44,561 nucleotides of DNA from Candidatus Hebobacteria bacterium (GTDB taxonomy: Bacteria; Armatimonadota; Hebobacteria; Hebobacterales; Hebobacteraceae). The stretch lies in NCBI GenBank assembly GCA_029821495.1, contig JALGTG010000001.1, positions 1-44,561 on the forward strand, read 5' to 3'. Of the stretch, positions 39,601-44,561 are shown one piece after another. Numbering within the stretch: the first letter of the stretch is position 1; each line of letters begins with the position of its first letter. Under the pieces are notes generated by a model, which was given only the letters and a program-made list of their open reading frames with translations, made no database searches and had not been told where the DNA came from. Position numbers and translations under genes: made by a program.

Positions 39601-39741
39601 AGGTACGCCTACGATCCCCTCCTCCGCTGGTCCCGCTGGGACCCCGACAGCAAAACATGGGCCCCGCGGTTCCCCAACCTCCCTGTCACTTCCGACATGC
39701 TCATCTGGGGCGAAAGAGTCTCCGGCAGGGCAGGATCGTGA
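36685..39741 (+). CDS. Giant PilX/GspK-like (ComZ-like) minor pilin, 1018 aa
   Basis: RRG|QALLVAVLVLF lacks Glu5, as in PilX/GspK; LTEAGL helix; solenoid-type motifs GVIYAEGNVRIRG, GTIYVEGDLL, IEAMIYAQNGS, ISVYGAVTEN and YAYDP. Confidence 0.78.
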   Translation: MPRTSHFARRYLLHTHLARRGQALLVAVLVLFAVATLAALFTAIIGAQLSQVARHGDVTKLRNLTEAGLWLANEQLTYSVKGADWRPPDDPYLFGDGRIELSVTYWPPPPSLAQGAFSPSPQSGRFILITSTATFPDYPFLRYTMAALKPLLLTDYARFITDRRETGRPARLGVSGVELGGTPRPDYLFRVQGPIRSNTDLVAYGRSSVTLQTADDPAETGSTWAQLGIPRDDRIEVAGFLRPDPSHPVENRGADALALTVSGEPRASDLFLPLDEAQADDYAAAFPDWSLDPSILHTSSRILADLPGYTSVGGWFPGPANSVPRVQPPDLLAEHPDTFRKRYLLLTRDSGVFEPDAATGDLHNTGEYGWGFMNLGGIYIDNIYDIQYDHDLEMLRLNWLRSVGAHDPLGDERPDADAPLSGPADWWDKTGRYYSPPAVEIVLHGEQDCPYIEIIRHDPRSANGEQYYWCDLSGAPITPTSHPADYVPTPYESNCGPGAAPGTFRVKNNTAIFPFPPNGVIYAEGNVRIRGIMPPIRDELGNSGTSVPLATAEKMPYFAPSRTDEGRARRFDLQVVSAGTIYVEGDLLTPASAGLIADTVEVDRHYGSRLALLARDYVCVNTTALNPRPIQLLDPFLDPATDEYYFYNDRYPDYPPGGYPRHLVFQGTRDPVFNSADYAKAWNPPTDPPFETDPLNIQFLYQNVRLQYPYLSDQIPDLRLMLGHSGFYALGDPEGGFDGAPLGDPLVDDEGTDEPAVDVDIYFDNIVAGTTRLWDVADTDRYTFVRPVATPGAADQSDHWYLEDDRLEHLPNGFQQMQVHPSDLPTPYLTGNNDVITFTSRVHPVRDYDGDGNIDGWHIFPRDLAYILGPVAVAPPCRLQGRPTPAAPLPVSIEAMIYAQNGSWFIIPGPWFNEDPEENTYTGDSPGYREPLNIQISVYGAVTENMPADIGAAAEWTSKWSGPQTRGFGGYLRYAYDPLLRWSRWDPDSKTWAPRFPNLPVTSDMLIWGERVSGRAGS

Positions 39742-39781
39742 GAGCCGACGCCGTACCCTCTTAGACGTCTTCTGGCCTTCC

Positions 39782-39810
39782 TTGCGGAACAAAAACGCCA
39801 GTGCTATAAT
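39782..39810 (+). promoter_or_regulatory. Promoter of the pilMNO operon
   Basis: TTGCGG, 17 bp, TATAAT with an extended -10 TG. Confidence 0.7.
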
Positions 39811-39899
39811 CTAACACTTCGGGAGGCGGGCGAACCCCAGCCGGCCGCCGCGCGTGGCGGCCCATGTTCGGCCCGCTCACAACTTGAGGGCGAGCAGCT

Positions 39900-41180
39900 A
39901 TGGCGGACAAGCAGGTTCTTGGCCTGGACATCGGCACCAGCCGCATCAAGTTCGCAGAAGCCCGCATGACCCGCGGCGGACCCGTCATCACCGCCGCCGG
40001 CATCGGCATGACCCCGCGCGACGCCATCGCCAACGGAGTCATCGTTGACCCCGCTGCCCTCGGCATGGCCGTAAGGGACCTCCTCTCCTCACACGGAGCC
40101 AAGACCAAGAACGTCGTCAGCTCCGTCGCCAGCCAGTCCTCCCTTGTCGTCCGGCCCATCGAGCTCCCCCGCATGACCCGCGAAGAGCTCGCCGACACCA
40201 TGAAGTGGGAAGTCGACCGGCACATCCCCTTCGCCGCCAGCGAAGTCGTCATGAGCTACGAGCCCCTCATCCCCCCGGAGGAACTCCCCGAGGACGCCGC
40301 CAACATGGAAGTCCTCCTCGCCGTCGCCCAGGAAGACATGATCGACGCCCACGTGCAGACCCTCTTCGCCGCCGGCCTCGACCCCGTCGCCCTCGACGTC
40401 GAGCCCCTCTCCGCATGCCGTTCCCTCATAGACATAGATCGCGATCGCGGCGCCTACGACCACATCTACGGCCTTCTCAGCATCGGTGCCACCACTACCG
40501 ACCTCAGCATCATCCGCAATGGACTCCTCTCCTTCACCCGCGCCATCCCCGTCGCCGGAGACAACGTCACCAACTCCATCGCCGAGGCACTCGGATACGA
40601 GTTCCCCGAGGCCGAACGAGCCAAGGTCGAGCACGGCGCCGTCTTCGTCGAAGGCGCCCCCGCCCTCGAAGCTCCCCGTGAGCCCGAAGCCGCGCCCCCG
40701 GCCCCCATCCCCGAACCTGAAGTCCAGGCCATCTCGCCCCCGGAAGAGGCCCAACCCGAGGAGAGAGTCTTCGACCTCGGCGCCGACGCCGGACCGTCCG
40801 CCCCTCCTCCGCCGGACCAGCAAGCGCCACCGCCCTTGCCCTCCGTCCACAAGCCCACCGCCGGCTCCACCGAGCGGCAGATCTACGACGCCATGCTCCC
40901 CACTTTGGCCGAACTCTCCACAGAGGTCCGCCGCTCCATCGAGTACTACGTCAACCGCTATCCCGATTCTCGCGTCGACAAGATACTGCTCTTCGGCGGC
41001 ACTGCCAGGCTGCCACGCCTCGCCGAGTTCCTCGGCAACGAGGTGGGCCTCGCCACAGAAGTCGGCAGCCCCTTCCAGCGCCTCGCAATCGATCAGATGG
41101 GTGTTACCGCCGATCTCGTCGAAGCCGACGCTTGCTTCATGCCCATTGTCGTCGGCCTGGCGATACGAGATATGCTCTGA
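39900..41180 (+). CDS. pilM: Type IV pilus assembly protein PilM
   Basis: Actin-like motifs LGLDIGTSRIK, HIPF, VLLAVA, LDVEP, IGATTTD, EVRRSIEYY, LFGGTA and VGLAIR. Confidence 0.93.
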   Translation: MADKQVLGLDIGTSRIKFAEARMTRGGPVITAAGIGMTPRDAIANGVIVDPAALGMAVRDLLSSHGAKTKNVVSSVASQSSLVVRPIELPRMTREELADTMKWEVDRHIPFAASEVVMSYEPLIPPEELPEDAANMEVLLAVAQEDMIDAHVQTLFAAGLDPVALDVEPLSACRSLIDIDRDRGAYDHIYGLLSIGATTTDLSIIRNGLLSFTRAIPVAGDNVTNSIAEALGYEFPEAERAKVEHGAVFVEGAPALEAPREPEAAPPAPIPEPEVQAISPPEEAQPEERVFDLGADAGPSAPPPPDQQAPPPLPSVHKPTAGSTERQIYDAMLPTLAELSTEVRRSIEYYVNRYPDSRVDKILLFGGTARLPRLAEFLGNEVGLATEVGSPFQRLAIDQMGVTADLVEADACFMPIVVGLAIRDML

Positions 41181-41200
41181 ATCACGGCCGGAGACGACCT

Positions 41201-42007
41201 ATGATAAAGATCAACCTGCTGCCCGAGTACATCGTCGAGCGCCGGCGCGTCAAGGTCTGGATCGCTGGCCTGGCCGTGCTCCTCATCCTTGAGGTCCTCA
41301 TCCTCGCCGCCTATGTCTGGGGCCCCCTTCCATTCTCTCTCAACCAGAGGCTGGCGAAGGCGGAGAAACGGGAGAGCGACGCCATCGCCGCCGCCCTGGA
41401 GGTCGAGGCAATCGAGACCGAGACCGCCCAGGTCAGAAGCCGCTTCGCTGCAAAGAACTCCTGGGTCCGGTGGGTCAACGAGGCCGACAAGTTGCCCGCG
41501 GAGTGGGTCGACTACCTCAACAGCATCAATGACACCATCCCTGCCGACGTTGTCATTCACGGGCTCCAGCTCCCCAGCGGCGGCGTCCTCAACCTCAGCG
41601 GCTCCACCAGTGACATGATGGCCGCCCTCCGCTGGTACCTCAACATGCTCCGCTGCGATATCGTCCAGCCCGGCCTCCAGTCTGTCCAGTTCAACCCGGG
41701 CGCGCAAGCCGTTACGACGGGCGGAATCACCGACCCGATGGCCATGTCAGTCTCCATGACCGTTGCCTTGAAGCCCCAGGCCTACTCAGTAGTCGGCCGC
41801 GTGCCCGCACCGCCTGCCGGTATCGCGGGCGGTGCCACCGCCCGGGGAAGGGGCGGCGGCGGACGCATGGGCGGAAGCCCCGGTGCCGGTGGACGAGGCG
41901 GCGGCATGCGAGGCGGCAGGGGAGGCGGCATGCGAGGCGGCGGCATGCGAGGTGGTGGCATGCGAGGCGGTGGTATGCGAGGCGGTGGTATGCGAGGTGG
42001 CATGTGA
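41201..42007 (+). CDS. pilN: PilN-like protein with a C-terminal (MRGGG)n tail
   Basis: IKINLLP PilM-binding motif, TM, coiled coil and W..YL..I..TIP.DV....L......LNLSG ferredoxin-like domain. Confidence 0.85.
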   Translation: MIKINLLPEYIVERRRVKVWIAGLAVLLILEVLILAAYVWGPLPFSLNQRLAKAEKRESDAIAAALEVEAIETETAQVRSRFAAKNSWVRWVNEADKLPAEWVDYLNSINDTIPADVVIHGLQLPSGGVLNLSGSTSDMMAALRWYLNMLRCDIVQPGLQSVQFNPGAQAVTTGGITDPMAMSVSMTVALKPQAYSVVGRVPAPPAGIAGGATARGRGGGGRMGGSPGAGGRGGGMRGGRGGGMRGGGMRGGGMRGGGMRGGGMRGGM

Positions 42008-42016
42008 GGCGGTGGC
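41897..42016 (+). repeat. 15-bp tandem repeat GGYGGYGGYATGCGA encoding GGGMR (pilN 3' end)
   Basis: ATGCGA at 41906, 41930, 41945, 41960, 41975 and 41990, then ATGTGA at 42002. Confidence 0.95.
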
Positions 42017-42095
42017 CCGCCGGCACGATGGTGACGGCCCGCCGCGCGGTCCCGAACGTCAGGCGCGCTAGCAGCGGAGAGCGAGGAGCAGCACA

Positions 42096-42950
42096 GTGAG
42101 CCTACAACGGATCACGCGAGTTCAAGTGCTTATCGTGGGCGCGGCCGTTATCGCGGTCGTCGCCGTTGTCTTCCTGTTCGTCCTCATCAAACCCCAGCTC
42201 GCGGACATCGCCGCCATCGTCAGCTCGGCGGAGGAGAACGAGCAATACGCAGCAACGCGTCCCCAAAAAGAGCAAGCCCGTGCCACCGCCCTCGAGCAGG
42301 AGAGACAGGTCACCGAGGAATGGGACGAGATCGTGGACACCCGCATGCCTGACATCGGCCCCCATCTCCTCAAGGACCCAATCGCCGCCACCTTGCGCTT
42401 CTGGGACCTCCCGGCCGAAGAGGAAGCTGTCATCCGCAATTGGTTCAACGACTCGGGCGCCGTGGTCACCGGCTACGGCTTCCCCACCTGGCCCACCGCA
42501 ATGCCCAGTTCCTTCCCTCCCAGAAACATGCTCGCACTCTCTCCCCTCGACTGGAACCTCTCCGTCTCGGTGGACGACCTCCCAGAGCTGCTGGACTGGG
42601 TGCTCAGCATACCCAGAGCCCCCCGCTTCATGGTGATGCACAGCGTCACAATCCAGGGCTCCCATGGCCCCGGTCAGCCCCTCGTCGCTAGCGTGCCCGT
42701 TACCCTCTACCAGTGGACCGGCGTCGAGCCTACGGGAGGGGGCGCCGCCCCGGCAGAAGGCACGGCCGCCCAGGCCGGCGGCGGCATGGGCCCTGGTATG
42801 GGCGGCGGCATGAGAGGCGGCGGCATGCGAGGCGGCGGCATGCGAGGCGGCGGCATGCGAGGCGGCGGCATGAGAGGTGGTGGTATGCGAGGTGGCGGCA
42901 TGCGAGGTGGCGGCATGCGAGGTGGCATGAGAGGCGGCGGCATGAGGTAG
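42096..42950 (+). CDS. pilO: PilO-like protein with a C-terminal (MRGGG)n tail
   Basis: Position after pilN, N-terminal TM ending IKPQ, coiled coil and LSVSV....L..W...I..APRFM....VTI pattern. RBS GAGGAG. Confidence 0.7.
   Translation: MSLQRITRVQVLIVGAAVIAVVAVVFLFVLIKPQLADIAAIVSSAEENEQYAATRPQKEQARATALEQERQVTEEWDEIVDTRMPDIGPHLLKDPIAATLRFWDLPAEEEAVIRNWFNDSGAVVTGYGFPTWPTAMPSSFPPRNMLALSPLDWNLSVSVDDLPELLDWVLSIPRAPRFMVMHSVTIQGSHGPGQPLVASVPVTLYQWTGVEPTGGGAAPAEGTAAQAGGGMGPGMGGGMRGGGMRGGGMRGGGMRGGGMRGGGMRGGGMRGGGMRGGMRGGGMR
42801..42947 (+). repeat. 15-bp tandem repeat encoding GGGMR x10 (pilO 3' end)
   Basis: ATG(C/A)G units at 42810, 42825, 42840, 42855, 42870, 42885, 42900, 42915, 42927 and 42942. 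Confidence 0.95.
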
Positions 42951-43044
42951 CCCACAGCACTCGTGGGCCTCTCCAGCCCCCTGCCGCAAGGTGATGCCCC
43001 CGGGGCGTGGAAACAGCACCAGGCCGTTCATCGGGGAGTGACCA

Positions 43045-43767
43045 ATGAACCCGGCTGACCGAAACAAGATACTGATCATAGGTGGCATTGCAGTCGTCGC
43101 CATTGCTATCATCGTGGTCGTCCTCATGCGAGGCCGAAAGCCGGCCTGGCAAGAGGGACCCGCTGGCGGATTCTCGACCGACGTGGCCCAGGCCCCCGGC
43201 GCCGACGAAGCCGGCTACCCGGCCGCCGGACCAGCCGCAGGTGCGCCAGCCGGACCCCTCCAGGCTGCAGGCCCAGAAGTCGGAGCCGGAGCGGCCGAGG
43301 CCGAGGCGCCTGCCGCCCCGATCGACGTCAGCGTCGGCGTTGTCAAGATGGGCGATGGCATTGACGAGGCCTCCCGCCCCGATTCTTTCCGTACCTTCGA
43401 GCCTGTGATCCCACCCCCCCCACCGGAAGTCGTCACGCCGCTCCCGGTCGCCATGCTGGGCCCCTTCCGGCCCGCCCAGCCCGAAGAAACAGCCGTCCTC
43501 GGCCGCCGCCGGGCCGCTGGCGTCATGTTCAACGAGCGAGCCTGGGCCATCCTCCAGGAGGGCGACAAAACATTCATCGTCAAGCCCGGCGACATTGTTG
43601 ACGGCGTCCGCATCTCTGCCATCGGCAGAGACGCCATCTACGTCACCGACGCCGAGGGGCGCCGCTGGGAGGTCCCCCTCCGAGGTACCGGACCCTCCAC
43701 CGAGATGCGCGGCCCAAGAACCGACTACATCGAAGCGATGCCCGAGCTGCCCCCTGCCGCTCCCTGA
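43045..43767 (+). CDS. PilP/GspC-HR-like protein with an N-terminal TM anchor
   Basis: PilP position in the operon; TM, Ala/Pro linker, R.D.F.TF motif and beta domain AGVM....WAILQ.....IVKPGD.V.G.RI.AI....I.V. Confidence 0.6.
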   Translation: MNPADRNKILIIGGIAVVAIAIIVVVLMRGRKPAWQEGPAGGFSTDVAQAPGADEAGYPAAGPAAGAPAGPLQAAGPEVGAGAAEAEAPAAPIDVSVGVVKMGDGIDEASRPDSFRTFEPVIPPPPPEVVTPLPVAMLGPFRPAQPEETAVLGRRRAAGVMFNERAWAILQEGDKTFIVKPGDIVDGVRISAIGRDAIYVTDAEGRRWEVPLRGTGPSTEMRGPRTDYIEAMPELPPAAP

Positions 43768-43807
43768 CGCGGCTCCGGCACATCTCCAAGAGAACAAACA
43801 AACGCAC

Positions 43808-43836
43808 TTAACAGTCTAACCTCTGTGTGGTAGAAT
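43808..43836 (+). promoter_or_regulatory. Promoter of the secretin-like gene
   Basis: TTAACA, 17 bp, TAGAAT with an extended -10 TG. Confidence 0.65.
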
Positions 43837-43892
43837 ACGCGCCCGGCGACCATCGGGCGGGATATGGCGTCAGCAGCAGGAGGTTTATGGCA

Positions 43893-44561
43893 ATGGCTCG
43901 CAACAGAACGCGACTCTTGGCGACTCTCGCAGTGGTCGCTCTGGCCCTGACCGGCGTGCTCTTCGCCGGCATCCGCGCCTCCGCCCAGATCGAGGACCGG
44001 CCCATTACCCTCGACCTGCGCGACGCCGACCTCGAGGACGCCCTCCGGCTCATCTTCAAAGACACCCCCTACAGCTTCACCCTCGAGCCCGGCATCGGCG
44101 GAACAGTCACTCTCACCCTCAACAACGTGACCTTCAGCCAGGCGCTCCGCGCCATCCTGGAAATGCATGGGCTTACCTACCGCAAAGAAGACCGCATCTA
44201 CCACATTACCTCCGAGCCCATCGAGCCCCCCGGCTTCGGCACCGAACCACCTGTGCAGCCCACACCGCGCGTCGACATATACTGGTTCGGACCCGGCGGC
44301 CGCTACGAGCTGCAGTACCTAGACTGCCGCCTCGTCATCGCCTGGTTTGGTGGCTCGCAGATCCCCTCCTCCCTCATCCCCTTTCCTGCTGAAGGCGGCA
44401 CCGGCGGCGGCACGGGCGGCCGCACCGGTGGCACAGGCGGCATCGGCGGCGGCACGAGCGGCGGCATAGGCGGCTCCAGCATGGGCGGCGGCATAGGCGG
44501 CAGCACTGGCGGCATCGGCGGCGGCAGCGGTGGCATCGGTGGCGGCGGCGGTGGCCGTGGC
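43893..44561 (+). CDS. Secretin/TonB short N-terminal (STN/N0) domain protein, PilQ-like, 3'-truncated by the window edge
   Basis: Not in the ORF track because there is no stop in the window. AGGAGG RBS, signal peptide MARNRTRLLATLAVVALALTGVLFAGIRASA, then ITLDLRDADLEDALRLIF..TVTLTLNNVTFSQALRAIL...GLTYRKE..IYHI, then a Gly-rich tract. Confidence 0.8.
   Translation, partial: MARNRTRLLATLAVVALALTGVLFAGIRASAQIEDRPITLDLRDADLEDALRLIFKDTPYSFTLEPGIGGTVTLTLNNVTFSQALRAILEMHGLTYRKEDRIYHITSEPIEPPGFGTEPPVQPTPRVDIYWFGPGGRYELQYLDCRLVIAWFGGSQIPSSLIPFPAEGGTGGGTGGRTGGTGGIGGGTSGGIGGSSMGGGIGGSTGGIGGGSGGIGGGGGGRG
44393..44561 (+). repeat. Gly-rich low-complexity coding tract (GGTGG/GGIGG units)
   Basis: Translates as GGTGGGTGGRTGGTGGIGGGTSGGIGGSSMGGGIGGSTGGIGGGSGGIGGGGGGRG to the window end. 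Confidence 0.9.

Noticed and set aside
41897-42947. Tandem repeats as a CRISPR array
   Set aside because: The 15-bp units are contiguous, have no spacers, lie in frame within CDSs, and no cas genes are present.
41782-42955. Minus-strand (MPPPR)n ORFs at 41782-42003 and 42707-42955
   Set aside because: They are the reverse complement of the GGGMR repeats, with no RBS or independent evidence.
25383-44561. Calling the locus a type II secretion system
   Set aside because: A bona fide PilT (AVRNLIRE) and separate PilM/PilN proteins indicate a retractile type IV pilus.

Overview
GC-rich bacterial chromosomal window; the gene families suggest Armatimonadota or a related lineage, but that is inference. 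The left 25 kb is mostly housekeeping and envelope genes: a 5'-truncated URO-D-family protein, an acyl-CoA synthetase, a large DUF6785-like membrane protein, rex with its own operator, a translationally coupled exbB-exbD-tonB operon that continues into a secreted Ig/cohesin-like protein instead of a TonB-dependent receptor, smc, a gluzincin peptidase, hisG, two TPR proteins, queH, glycerate kinase and yqeG. The right 19 kb is a type IV pilus locus: pilB-pilT-pilC-pilD, five oversized pilin-like genes, pilM-pilN-pilO, a PilP-position gene and the start of a secretin-N0 protein that runs off the edge. Its unusual features are (MRGGG)n tails on both PilN and PilO, a Gly-rich tract in the secretin-like protein, a 1018-aa PilX/ComZ-like pilin with a PilY1-type Ca loop, a PilW-like gene split by an apparent one-base insertion, and an Arg-less MshEN motif in PilB. 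No rRNA, tRNA, CRISPR array or transposase was recognised. All family calls come from motif recognition by eye, not database searches.
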